From Vicugna vicugna (lineage: Eukaryota), in assembly GCA_013265495.1 (NCBI GenBank), contig MU058065.1, positions 6,324,302 to 6,388,301 of the forward strand: a stretch of DNA of 64,000 nt, written 5' to 3'. The position numbers were made by a program, and so were the translations under genes. Shown here piece by piece: positions 24,901 through 37,689 of this stretch. Numbering within the stretch: the first letter of the stretch is position 1; every line of letters begins with the position of its first letter. Under the pieces are notes generated by a model. It searched no databases. It had not been told where the DNA came from and saw nothing but the letters and a program-made list of their open reading frames with translations.

Positions 24901-27900
24901 GTACAGGGGTTCCTGGGGGCCGGGAGCTGGAGTAGCTGAGGCCAGAGGGCCGGGAGCACACCGCCGCGGGGATGTGCGCGCGTGTGCGTGCCTGTGTGTG
25001 TGTCTGGCCAGGATTTACTCTGTGTGTATGAGCATGCGGTGTCTGCATGTGTATGTTCTTTGTGTGAGTATATGTGGTTCTGTGTGTGGCTTGGCATAAT
25101 TGAATGGGTGGCTTTCTGAGTGCATGTAAGTGTTTGTATAGGTGGTGGGTGTTTATGTGTGTTTGTGTGTGTGTGTGCATGCTCGTGTGGTGGGAAGGGG
25201 AGCTCTCTGTGGCTGGGAACATAGGGCATTTTCCCCACCCCTTCAGTCATTCGTCTCCACACAGACCCCTTCCTGGAGCAGTCTTGAGGGACCTGAGCAT
25301 CAAGGTAGGTGGGGCTACTCCTCCTCATGGACCCAGCCTCTTCTCCCGCTTCATCTTCTCTCATGCCTCTAGGCCCCCAGTCTCCTCCATTCCACTAGCC
25401 CAGCTTTTGACTTCCATTCCTTTTCCTGTTCCTCTTTGTTTCTTTTTCCTCATTTTCCCTCACCCCCTCCTCCTCTTTCAGAAGAAGAAAAGGGGGACCT
25501 AGAGTCTGAAGATTTGGACCCTCCTTACTTTATCATTTACTAGCTGTGTGATTTGTGGCAAATTGCATAACCTCTCTGATCTCAGGTCCCTTTTAGTAAA
25601 ATAGGGATGCTAATAATGCTTCCCCTGTAAGATTGCTATGAGGTAAGAGTGAGAAACAAGTTGGAGGAAAAGCCCTTTGGAAGCTTGCAAATATTAAATA
25701 TCATTGTTAATAACATTTTAATTGATTTCATTGTGTTACTCCCTATTAACCAAACAGGCCCCATTCCCCCTTCCAGAGATGAGCTTCCTAGAGCAAGGAG
25801 ACAGCTCTTCATGGCCGTCACCTGCCATGACCACCAGCTCAGAAAGAAGTCATGGGAAACAGGGGACCAAGGTCTCGAGATGGACAAAGCAGGAGGATGC
25901 AGAGGAAGGGGAGCCACCAGGCCCAGGGGAAGGTGAGGCCAAGGCCAGTTCTGGGGAGATAGGACTGTGGGCAGTGGGAAGTCCCCGAGCCTGGGGCCGG
26001 ACTCTGCCTTGGATCCCTCCATAACGCAGACACGTAACATCATGTGGCCTCAGTTTCCCCACTTGGGAGAGGACAATCGCATTGCTGATCCAGGGGCCCA
26101 GTGTGGCCAGCTCAGGAGAGAGCCACTGTCTCGTGTGACTGAGACTCAGCTCTCTCACCTCCAAAATGGAGGCCAGAGCATCTGGGCTTCCCAAGGCTCC
26201 TGTGAGGACAGCAGATGAGAAAGTGCTTTGGAAGATGGAGTTACTGTCCTCTCCTCCGAACAGGTCCCCAGTCCAGGCCAGCTGCTGAGTCCACCGGGCT
26301 GGAGGCCACATTCCCCAAGGCCACACCCTTGGCCCAAGCTGCTCCTTTTGCAGGGGTGGACAGCCCCTCTACAAAGCAGGACAACCTCCCCCTTGACTGT
26401 GCAGCCTCAGGCTCCTGCTCCAGCACAGATGATCTGGATCTGGGCATAGAGTTCTTAGCCACAGCATCCTGGGGGGATGAGCTGGGCGTGGTGGAAGAGA
26501 GGCCGGCCCCATGCCCGTCCCCGCAGTTGCTGTTACCCAGGCTGGGTTGGGACGATGAGCTGCGGAAGCCAGGGGCCCAGGTCTACATGCACTTCATGCA
26601 GGAGCACACCTGCTACGATGCCATGGCAACCAGCTCCAAACTGGTCATCTTCGACACCATGCTGGAGGTGAGGCCGCGGCTCTGCCCCACCTCCATCCTC
26701 ACCCCCGCCCCAGGACGCCCTGCCAGCCATGCTCCCCTACAAGCCCCTTCCGGAACTCCTCCTTAGCACCATGGAGACTGGGGGCAGGGCGAGGAGGGCT
26801 TCTACTTTCAGTGCACACCCACTAATTGTCATCCCAGCTTGGCAACTTTGTAGGATCTTGGGTTGGTCTTTTTACCTCTCTCGTCTCTAAAATGGGAATA
26901 GGAGTAACTCCTTTAGCCTACAAGTTTCAGAGGACTCCTGGGACAAGCCAGGATAAATGAGAACACTTTGCAAACCCCAAATTATATGGAAGACATTGCA
27001 AGGGAGCTTAGGACAAAAAGCAGGGAACTCTTGGTAAGAGAAAAGAAGAATGAGCTCTGGTCCCCACTCTTCCATCAGGCCAAGCTACGAAATGCCTGGC
27101 TCCATTCTTCTCATGGTGTGTAGGAGAGCAGGGTATAGCATACAGTAGAAGTGTGGTATACAGTACGGTCCACAGGACATTATTTGATTCTAGCTGCATA
27201 TGAACAAATATGCTGAATTTAGTAGCTCTGTATTTATTTTGATATGGATTAGAAAAATACAACCAGCATGTATAGATAGTATCATTTAGGATGAGGCCAA
27301 AATGAGTCAATGTAAAATTTGTCTGTAGAAAAACATTTTGTAAATATTATGTAAATAATTATACCTCTAGTACTTAGATTAGCAAAGAGTGCACTGTGTG
27401 TACCTATACATTTATGACTTTGGAGTGGAAACACTGAGTTAGCTCCCCACACCCTGCTGTTCCTGGTGAAGGGTCACCTCTGGCCACCAGCAGCCTTATC
27501 TCTGCAGCAAATGTGCTGACAAGGGTCACGTCAGTGTTGCATGACATGAGAAAGGCACGGCAGGCTCATGTAGAGGGCGGCCCAGGAGAAGGTCCCAGGA
27601 AGGGCCCTGGCTGGGACAGGGGTTCCCTGAAGAGCAGAGAGTGACTAAACCTCAACTGTTCTTCCCGGCACTCAGATCAAGAAGGCCTTCTTTGCCCTGG
27701 TGGCCAATGGCGTCCGGGCGGCACCTCTGTGGGACAGCAAGAAGCAGAGATTTGTGGGTGAGGATGGGCTGGGGAGGCAGAGCTGATGGGGAAGGGAAAG
27801 GGGGAAACTTGTGGGGTGATTTGGGGGCTGATCTCTGACATATCACAGGCTTGAGTAGAGCAGGGTCCTGACATTGAGGGAACATAGTCTTGCAGTAGGC

Positions 27901-30900
27901 AACTGGTAGACCCCCTCTGTAGAATAGTTGTGACCAGCAGACCCCTCCAGCTGTACTACCCCATGGTCCCATGTCAGAGGTGCTGAGCAGGAAAAGAGGA
28001 CAGGAAGAGAAAGGAATTCAGAGAATGAAAAAGGGGTGGATGGGAAGGAGAGAGTTTACAGGAGAAGCATGAAAAGTGTAAACCCCATTTCTCAGCGTGG
28101 GAGGAGCTGCCCTACTCTCCGCTGTCTGCAACCCCACTGTTTCCTCAATCCAAGGACACTGGCAGGGTGGGGGAGGGGGCCTGACCCCTCAACCTGCCTC
28201 CTGCCACAATGCCCAGACTGAGCCCCTGTCCATCCCCCTCTCAACCCTGCAGGGATGCTGACCATCACAGACTTCATCTTGGTGCTGCACCGCTATTACA
28301 GGTCCCCCTTGGTGAGGAGTGGGCTGGGAGTCCTGGGAGCACCCAACTGGACTGGGGTGGAGGAAGGACAGGGGGCCCATGTCTGACTTTGGGAGTTCTG
28401 TTGATGTCCCTAGGTCCAGATCTATGAGATTGAACAACATAAGATTGAGACCTGGCGAGGTGAGTGGGTGAGGGGACCTGCAGAGGGGCTGAGGGTGTGT
28501 GGGTGAGGGTGGGGCCAAGGACCTCAGGCAGAGAAAGGGCATTGGGAGTTTCCTGGAGGGAGCAGGGGAAGGGTGACAGGGTTCCCAGTGGGCCAGAGGG
28601 AAGGGAGATAGTCTGGGGGCTGCTGGGCAAGGCAGGGTGGCCAGCTCCCTTGCCCTGACTCTGGCTTTTCCTACAGAGATCTACCTTCAAGGCTGCTTCA
28701 AGCCTCTAGTCTCCATCTCTCCCAATGACAGGTAAGCATCCCCAGTCATCCACCTGAGCCTCCTTGCTCTGCACAGACCCCTTCCCCAGCACCTCAGTTC
28801 TGAACTCATGGGCTCATCCTCAGTGGACTGCAGATAAGGCAGGCTTGGCACCCTGTCCTCCTTTCCAGGGGGCTGGGATGAAGGGCATCTCTCCCCAGGC
28901 TGCCCTAGGATCACTTCTCTCACTTCCGCAGCCTATTTGATGCTGTCTACACCCTTATCAAGAACCGGATCCACCGCCTTCCCGTCCTGGACCCAGTCTC
29001 AGGCGCTGTGCTCCACATCCTCACACACAAGCGGCTGCTCAAGTTCCTGCACATCTTTGTGAGCCTTGGCGCAGCCTCAGGAGTCGACCTGATGGGCTGA
29101 AAAGTCTTCAGCCCTAGGGATTGGGGAGGGAGCACTTGGGATCCGTCTGGGGGCTAGTTCACCTTGATCCCTACCTGTCCCCAACCCAACCAGGGCACCC
29201 TGCTGCCCCGGCCCTCCTTCCTCTCCCGCACCGTCCAAGATCTGGGCATCGGCACATTCCGAGACTTGGCCGTGGTGCTAGAAACAGCGCCCATCCTCAC
29301 TGCACTGGACATCTTTGTGGACCGGCGCGTGTCTGCACTGCCTGTGGTCAATGAAACTGGTACCTACGCTCAGGATGGGGGCTCTGGCTGGGTTGGGACT
29401 CTGGGGAGCAGGGGTCTATGTGACATCAGCTCAGGGCCCAGGGTGGAGCCAGGGCTAGAAGTCTCTGTCTGCTTTGAGGCTTGGACCAGTTACTTAGACT
29501 TTCTGAGCCAGACCTCAGGGTTAAAGGGTTAAAGAAACCATGGCTGTAAACTGTTTCAAAGTTAAAATCGCTGTAATGAAGCTGGATATCAAGAAGCGTT
29601 TTGCAAAAATGGTAGAAAAAGCTGTATAATGAACCCCACATATCCACCTGAATAACTATTGTTAACGTATTGCCATAACCAGTTCTTTTCTATTCTTTTC
29701 TTTTCTTTTTGGCTGAATTTAAAATGTGTTATATTATAGAATCATGTCATTTTACCCCTTAATATTTCATCTGCATCTCTTAATATTAAGTACATTTCCT
29801 ACATCACCTAACAAAATTACAAATCATGTATTAATGTTATCTAATATTCAGTCCTAATTCTCATTTCCCCATTTTCCCCACTAGTATCATTCTTTACAGT
29901 TGATTTGTTCAAACCAGTGTCTCATTAAGGTCCATGCTTTGCATTTGCTTCCTTGTCCCTTCAGCCTCTTTTAGCCTAGGATAGCCCCCTCCTCACTTGA
30001 TTTTCACGACGGTGATGATGAGAAGCCTGGGTCAGTTGTCCTGTAGAATGTCCTGTTGTGAGAGGTTTGTCTGTTTGCTTTCTGGAGGTAGCCAGAAAGC
30101 GAACATTGTTCCTCTATTCCTGTGTTTCCTCTAAACCAGAAATTAGATCTAAAGTTTCGATCAGAGTCAAGCTATACATTTGAGGCTAGAATATTTCAGA
30201 GGTGACACCATGGACTCACATCTCATCCTCTTAGGAGGCATGATGTCAGGTGTTTCTCTCTGTGATGCTGTTTGATCTGTGAGTTCAGGTGGTAGCAGCC
30301 TGATGCCTCATTATATAGCCAGTAGCCCCGGGGGGAGGGGAGGATGTTGAGGAGTTCATCCCAAAAGCCTGCCCCAGGCCCTTGCACAGCATCCTAGTTC
30401 TTACCTGAACCTCTCCCCTGTTTTTCCTCTCACCTTCCTCCCCGCACCCCGACCCCCACAGGACAGGTCGTGGGCCTCTACTCCCGCTTTGATGTGATTG
30501 TAAGTGTCTGTGGGGAACAGAGGGGAGCTGGGGCTGCCACAGGGTAGCTGTGGTGTGAGGATCGATGCGGGGGCGAGTAATATCTGTGGACTGGGAGGGA
30601 TCCCTTTACCAGTGTATAGACGGAGATATCTGTGGGGCTGGAGCCTGGCCGAGGGCTGATTAAGAGCCATTCTCTCCCTGCTCAGCACCTGGCAGCCCAA
30701 CAAACATACAACCACCTGGACATGAGTGTGGGTGAAGCACTGAGGCAGAGGACACTGTGTCTGGAGGGAGTCATTTCCTGCCAGCCCCACGAGAGCTTGG
30801 GGGAAGTCATCGACCGGATTGCCCGGGAGCAGGTACCCCCTTCATGCCTGCCCCATCATATGTGCTCCCAACCCTTAGAGCCCAGTCCTTCTCATGAGCA

Positions 30901-31281
30901 GATCCAGCTAGCCCTGTCCATCAGGCACCTGCCCTGTCTTCCCATTTCATGGCCAAGGTCTTGGTGTCCTCACTGGCCCATGATTGGCCTCTCAGTGGGG
31001 CCCTTGGGCCAGGGTAGTCAGAGCAACCCCTAACTGGTTAATAGGAGACACTCTCTTGCTCCCAGAGTTATGTCAAATTGTTGCCCCTGACTCTTGGTGT
31101 CAACCTTGGTGGCTGCCATAGCCACATGGCACTGCCCCCTCACTGAGCCCCTGTGGATCCGCAGGTGCACCGGCTGGTGCTGGTGGATGAGACCCAGCAC
31201 CTCCTGGGCGTGGTGTCCCTCTCCGACATCCTTCAGGCTCTGGTGCTCAGCCCTGCTGGCATCGATGCCCTCGGGGCCTGA
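24865..31281 (+). CDS. PRKAG3: 5'-AMP-activated protein kinase subunit gamma-3, complete gene span (13 coding exons, 1473 nt, 490 aa)
   Basis: Spliced translation [32 protein letters not shown]...[45 protein letters not shown]...[11 protein letters not shown]. Four CBS domains; all introns GT-AG; exon lengths 36,40,156,404,82,59,46,55,127,166,38,147,117 give an open frame. Confidence 0.98.
25265..25304 (+). CDS. PRKAG3: PRKAG3 exon 2
   Basis: acag|[13 protein letters not shown]|gtaggt. Confidence 0.92.
25777..25932 (+). CDS. PRKAG3: PRKAG3 exon 3
   Basis: ccag|(E)[15 protein letters not shown]...EGEPPGPGE|gtgagg. Confidence 0.95.
26264..26667 (+). CDS. PRKAG3: PRKAG3 exon 4
   Basis: acag|[18 protein letters not shown]...[10 protein letters not shown]|gtgagg. 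Confidence 0.96.
27676..27757 (+). CDS. PRKAG3: PRKAG3 exon 5 (CBS1)
   Basis: tcag|[27 protein letters not shown]|gtgagg. Confidence 0.96.
28253..28311 (+). CDS. PRKAG3: PRKAG3 exon 6
   Basis: gcag|(G)[19 protein letters not shown]|gtgagg. Confidence 0.96.
28414..28459 (+). CDS. PRKAG3: PRKAG3 exon 7
   Basis: ctag|[15 protein letters not shown]|gtgagt. Confidence 0.96.
28677..28731 (+). CDS. PRKAG3: PRKAG3 exon 8
   Basis: acag|(E)[17 protein letters not shown]|gtaagc. Confidence 0.96.
28932..29058 (+). CDS. PRKAG3: PRKAG3 exon 9
   Basis: gcag|(S)[42 protein letters not shown]|gtgagc. Confidence 0.96.
29194..29359 (+). CDS. PRKAG3: PRKAG3 exon 10
   Basis: ccag|[28 protein letters not shown]...SALPVVNET|gtacct. 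Confidence 0.96.
30462..30499 (+). CDS. PRKAG3: PRKAG3 exon 11
   Basis: acag|(G)[12 protein letters not shown]|gtaagt. Confidence 0.96.
30686..30832 (+). CDS. PRKAG3: PRKAG3 exon 12
   Basis: tcag|[19 protein letters not shown]...IDRIAREQ|gtaccc. Confidence 0.96.
31165..31281 (+). CDS. PRKAG3: PRKAG3 last coding exon (13)
   Basis: gcag|[41 protein letters not shown] at 31279-31281. Confidence 0.96.
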   Translation: MHRLVLVDETQHLLGVVSLSDILQALVLSPAGIDALGA

Positions 31282-31704
31282 GACCATCGGAGTCCTCACT
31301 CTCAGGCCCCTTTCCACACCCGGAAGCCAGTGAAGGGAGCCTGAGGACTCGGCCTTCACCTCCCCAACCCCCATTTGCTGGTTCGGCCCTTGTCCAGGTA
31401 GGCTCTGCCCTGGGCCATGGGCCTCAGCATCAGCCCCTCAGTCTCTCCAGGTGCCCAGATCTCAGACTTGGGGACACTGAGGATGGGAGTGGCCCCACTC
31501 AGAGCTGATCAGCCTCATGAAAATTACAAATGTCAGGACTCACTGTGGGGCCAACCACTCTTATCCTATTCTCAGCTGAGGGTGGACAGGGGCTGGAGTG
31601 AAATCAAGGGCAGTGATGTGACTTCAGGGGCTCCCAGAAGATTGGTCTGTCCTCTCACAATTCAATTCCTGCCTGCTTGGAATTCCACTGGAAGGGAACA
31701 AGTT

Positions 31705-31710
31705 AATAAA
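31705..31710 (+). terminator. PRKAG3: Candidate PRKAG3 polyadenylation signal
   Basis: AATAAA about 425 nt after the stop codon, followed by GT-rich sequence. Confidence 0.6.
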
Positions 31711-34417
31711 CTGTGGTTGAATGGAATTTCCACACTTGGTAAGAACTAAGGTTGAAAAGAGGGAGTTTCTATCTAAGCACTCATCTCAGTCAAGTTGACA
31801 TGATCTCAGACTCTTTTCTGGTAGCATGTCAGCTAGGGGTCTGCAGAGGGTTGGGGGCACAGATTCCACCTGCTTAGCAGTGGCTGGCAAGATTTAGGTT
31901 CCCCTATTGGAAATGCAACCTCCCCTCCCCATTTAGTCACTGTCTTCCTTTCTCTTTCCCTCACAGGCTTCTCCAGCCCTCCCCGATTGCCCTTGCCCTG
32001 CGTGTGCTCCCAGAAGCCCTCAGGAATGCCCGATACACTGTGGGATGATGCAATGAAAGAGAACAGCTGAGTCAAGCCTGGAGATCTCTGAACCAGAGGC
32101 ACTAGGATTACCCCAGGGCTGACAACTCCGTGTCCACCCTCCCCATTCTCCCCCGACCTGGCCCCTGTGGGTGGGGAGCCCTCAGCCTATGGGTTCAGGC
32201 AGGGGCTCTGGATTCTTCGGCTCCTGGACCACCTGACACTTGTGGCCCCAGCTCCTGGGAGTCTCAGTTGTGCTTCCCGCATGAAACCTGCCCGTGTGGT
32301 TCTTCACTACTTTGCCACTGCCCTCCTGCTCTCCCAGCACTGCATTTCAGGGCTGCCTGGGGGTCCCCATGGAGCAGCAGTTTTGGAGAGCTGCCTGTTG
32401 GAGTGGGACCCCCGCCCTCCACTCTCAACCTTAGCTCTTATCAGCGAGCACTATTCTCAGTCCTGTATTTGGATCACTGAGGGTGAACAATCAAGAAAAC
32501 AGAAAGAAAAAGAACAATCCATGAACTTAGGTTTTATATAAGTTTCACTCAGAATATGCTATGATCATTTGATCTGAACTTGTGGCAAGATCCCTGTGTT
32601 CTCTGAATCCAAAGACCCGAAGGAAAATCTGTCATTGACAAATGCTGCAAGTGATGTTTCTTCTTTGTGTGGAGTGTTATTCCACCAAAGTTTTTTTCAT
32701 CTTTTATTTATAACAAAACTATAAAGAAAATATTAGTTACATACCAGGTACAACTCAGTCCATAAACTCTAATCTGCAAGAAACATAACAATTTTTCTCA
32801 CACTGAATGTAATTTCTTTTATGAACTCCGTCTCACCATTTGGTAGAAATTGATCTCCGTCAATTTAGGCTTCCCTTCCCACCTTTTCTTGGGGTTAAGT
32901 GCGGTGCTGGGGGAGATTTTAAGTCCATTGCATGACTTTGTTCCTAAGCCATCATCCTCCATCCATGCTAGCACCTGCTGAAACATCCCCATTCCCATGT
33001 GGTTGTCACTTGGTCACTGGTGGGCATGGCCCCTGCTGGGTGCTCCCTCACTCCTTATGAAGCCTCTTTGGGCCCGCCTGCTCCCCAGACATAAGGACAT
33101 TTTAGCTTCTGGTCCTGCACCCCTCCGGGCTTCAGGAAGATCTGCAGGGCTATCCTAAGTCCATCTGCTGAGATGGGCAGTCTGTTCTACTCTGTGTTTT
33201 GCTGTTTTCTCAGCCTCTACCCAAGAAATATGGGACTCGGGGCTCTTCCACCCTTATCTTCTCCAAACCTCTCTAGGGTGTTTGTCATACTTCCCCCTCC
33301 CTTCAGACACAGCTCCCTTGTCAGGATTCCCCAAAATATCTATAATCTCTTTGCTTCCCCAACACCCACCAGCCTGTGGAATCTCTGTGTGGTAGGGAAA
33401 GAGTGGGCCTTTTTCTCTAACTCATTATATATTCTTCCAAACCCACTGTATGTGTCTTGAGTTCCTACCACCTACCCTGTGAGTCGGGGTTTTGAAATTC
33501 CCAAGCCAAGACTGGGCTTCTGCTCTGTCTGTCCCTGCCCACCCTCCACTGCCTCCGGGGGAGTGATGGTGGACACTGCGGGGAGAGGGTAGGTTAATAT
33601 TTCTAAAATATGATCCTACGCCATTTACCTCACAGAGCAACAGAGTGGGGACACCTGTGTTTAATGTGTCAGGCAGTCGGTGTATTTTTCTCATAGACAC
33701 TCAGCTTCTGTTTACGGTTTTGCCATAACTAGTTTGTCAGGGCTGGTTCTGCTCTGGCCCAATCTGGGAAGGTCTGGGATTTGGGTTCAAGTGGGAGGGT
33801 GGGATGGAGTGCCCTCAGGGCCTGTCTCAAGTGACAGTGTCCTTAGGGAGCCTGCGACTTGCTGTCACCATGGGCTCAAACAAAGTGTAGGAGGGTCAGT
33901 CTTTTGAAGCAGTGTCCCAGGTGGCTCTGTATGAACAGAACTTCAGTGGTCACAGCACAGGCTCTGGCTGGGAAGGGCAGCCTGAGAAAAGCACTCTTTC
34001 CCCAACTCTTTCTCCCCTTGGAAGCAGACAGGTCTTCACTCTCCTGAGGGTAACCCACCATGCTGAGGACCCAGCAGTTGTCACCCTCAGGCCCTTCTGT
34101 GAGGGACCCACCACCCCGAGGCCTCAGCCCTCTGCTCTGACCACAGCTCAGCCCTCCAGCATCCTGGCTGCTGGGAGTGAGGTGAAGAGCTGCTGGGTGG
34201 GAACTGCGACTACTCCCACCCGAGCTCAGAATCAAAGTGTGAAACCGCCCCGCTGTCCCCTCTGCTCGTGCATGTGAGCCTGGGCTGACCAAGTTCTCCA
34301 GGCGTCATGCCTCCAACTCCTCCCCTGGCCTCTGAGGCCCCTCAGAGGTTCTGTGGTCTCCAGGCTAGACTCCCACAACCTCATTAGCTCCATCTGTCTC
34401 TCCTCTCCCCATGCCCT

Positions 34418-34550
34418 CAGCAGTTCTCAACCCTGGGTATCCAACAGGATCACCTGGGAAGCGTTACAAAATGCGTAATTCCAGGGCCCCATTCCCAAAG
34501 ATACTAGTTTTCGGACTTGGGGGTGGGGCCTGGGCAACTGTATTTATTTT
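34418..34550. mobile_element. MER5A-like hAT-Charlie DNA transposon fragment
   Basis: cagcagttctcaaccctgg...atcacctgggaagc...ggggtggggcctgggcaactgtatt. Confidence 0.6.
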
Positions 34551-37500
34551 CTATAGAAACTAGAGACATGATTAATAACACATGACGTGCATGGCAGCGT
34601 GCTGAGAAATAAGAATGACTCATTCTCATGATTAGTAAAATCATTTGCCACTTATTAGGTCTATTATTTATTATGACTAACAGCTACAAGAAGCACTGGC
34701 TAAGAGTAACGGCACAACATTAAAGATATACGATTTGTTGGTATTCTCACTTCTCTTCTTCCAAACATCCTTAAGTGCAGAATTCGTACAATGTCATGTA
34801 TGTCCATTGCATGAAGACAATTTTCCAGGTTTTATTTGACATGCATATTAAAACTGGAATTGTGAATGATGACCTGAAAACAAACTAGCATTACCAAGCC
34901 AGAGTATATTCAGGCTAAAACTTCTACAGAATGGAGCATGTAGACAGCCAGAAAACATTGTGTACTCTATTTTTCTTCTTCAGTGCTGCATAGTTGTTTA
35001 AGAAGATATGCTGTTTTTTCAAAGTCTCACCCAAAAAATATGGACCCTAAATTGGCTGACAGATTCAAATTAGCTGGAATAGAAGTAACAAGATGTGTAC
35101 ATTCTTTTTAGTCAAAGGTGTATCTGCTGTGCTGAATTAATGTCTACTCTTCTGCTATTACCCTAAATCCTATTGTTCTTTCCTACTGGAGTCAGGTCAG
35201 GCTGGGTTATCAGGAGCCTCACTGTGACATCTCTGCACTGTGACTTATGGGGGCAGCCCAGAGTCCCTGCGACACTAGGCCCTGGAAGCGTGCCCCATCA
35301 CTGGCCATTGATGGGCTTTGTGCCAGCCCTCAAAACTGGGCTGATACTTCCGCCGTCCAGAGAGAAAGCTGCAAGAGAAAGAGCCCACACTATTACATCA
35401 CACCCACCCGACAGCTATTCGTGTGTGCGTGTTTTCTACACCTTGGCTTTTTAAAACTTGAAGTATAATTGATTCACGACATTATATCCTATGACTATTA
35501 TATGTTTTTGAATGACTCACTGCAAAGAAAGACATTTTTTTCCCATTTACATTTAGTAAGTTGTGTCCAGGAGACTTGACGGCATATAAACTGACAGAGG
35601 CCATTTTCAACTCCCAAGATTAGCAAAAGAACTTCATGTACACTTATGGTATATTCACTTTTCTGTAAGTATATTATATTTCAATAAAGATCTTTAAAAA
35701 AAATTTTTAAAGAACCTCAGGTATAAATAGAAGACCTCTCTGACCATGCTGTATTTTATTTTCCTCTGTTCCGAGTAGGAGTCTTCTCTTCCCAGAGCTG
35801 TGCTGTAGGCTTTCCAGTAGCAACCTCTGGGCAAGGTTTCATAGTTGCGTCAATAGCCCTTGGGCTCTTAATATCTTTCAGAACATAATTTGTCACTTGT
35901 CACTGATGGCAAACACTTCTAGGGGAGGAGCCTCTGAGGCTATGACTGCACCTCATTACAATGTAAGGGGATATAGCCTGCTCTTTGGTTAATCCTCACA
36001 AGGACATCATTACTTCACCAATCCTCTGAGCTCTTGTTTCAGTTCTGCATTTCTAATTTCTGATTAGAGACTGGATTTTAGGCCAGATAGACGCCCAGCA
36101 GGGCAGTGCTGCTTCACAATTTCCTGTGGTGCCTCTGGAGGTATGGCTTCCATTGGCAGCTATTTCTACAACAATCTTACCAAACTGATCTTCATAGATT
36201 TGTTTTAATTGAGATATAACTAATATATCATTAAATTTACTCTTTCAGTATGTACAATTCAGTAGTGTTTAGTACATTCACGAAGTTGTGCAGCCATCAG
36301 CACGATCCAATTCCAGAACATACTCATCACCCCAAAGAAAATCCATATCCATTAACAGTCACTCTCCATTCTCCTGGCAACCACTAAATCTACCTTCTGT
36401 CTCTATGGATTTGCCTATTCTGGACATTTCACATAAATGGAATCATATAAGATAAGGCCTTTTGTGTCTGGTTTCCTTCATTAGCATAATGCTTTCAAGG
36501 TTCATCCATGATGTAGCATGAATCAGTACTTCATTCCTTTTTTATGACTGAATAGTGTTCTATCTTATGGATATACAAGATCTTCAGCGTTTAATGTGAG
36601 ATTAACCTTAAATTCATTAACTGTGCTGCAGACCGTGAATGCTGACCTTGGAAATGTGCTATCAAGCCCCAATCCCCAGCCTCATCACACAGACTTCCCC
36701 TGCGCCCAAGTGCCAGCACTGAGGGGTTCACGTGGCTTGGGCAGCTGACCCTTGGTGGTCCGAAGGAGCAGCACACTGGGAAAGGCAGAAGTCTGCTCTG
36801 GTTGACTTTGTGACAGAGATCCTGGTACTCTCCGAGCACAGCTCCCACTCTCTGCGTTTATAAAGAGCTCTTACAGGTGAACGCCTACACAGGTGCGTTT
36901 GACAGCCATGGCCTTATAATTAGGAATCCTACCCAATCCTCTCCAGGTTTTGCTTCTCAACAGAGAAAGCTCTGTATCCTCCCCTCTCCTTCCCTTCCCT
37001 TTTCTATTCCAATCTCTTCTCATTCAACAAACATCTCTTAATTGCCTCCTCAGTACCAGACACAGAGTTAGACACAGTGACTGTGTCCTCCATGGGGTTC
37101 CCAGCTGGTTGGGGAGACAGTGGGGCCTCCAAGGAGAATACGCTGAGCGTTGGTTCTGTCGGGGGTGGACAGGGCAGAACACAAGAACAAGTCCTCATGC
37201 TTGCCCAGAGAGGTCAGGGAAGGCTTTGCAGAGGCAGTGACATTTGAGCTGAGTCCTGAGGAAGAGCAAGCTGTCTGAGATGACACACCAGTTGGTGAAG
37301 AAGGTGTTCCAAGGATAGAGGACACTGAGTACAAAGTATTGAGGCTGGAAAGAGCATAATGTGCTCAGGGAAATACAAGGAATTCAGGCTCAGCTGTGGA
37401 AAGGGTGGATTGGGTGGGGGGTTGAGGGGGGCAGGGTGCCAGAACACAACTCTAAGCCACAGTAAGGACTTTGGACCTTGCCTCAGGGCTGAGGGGGGCC

Positions 37501-37689
37501 ACTGAAGGATTTTAATTGTTGCAACAACAGGATTTTTTTAATAGGCTCAAACTCAAATCCCTACAGACAAAAGAAATTCTACTTTGGTTTTCCAAGACTC
37601 AGCAGAAATTTACCACTGGGGCTGGGCCTCCCAAGGCTGGGATCTGTCAACTTTTCAGGCCTATGTGGTGGTACATGGATCTGCACGTC

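Noticed and set aside
24444..25364. 306-aa minus-strand ORF over the PRKAG3 promoter and intron 1
   Set aside because: His/Thr low complexity from (TG)n-rich sequence; no domain.
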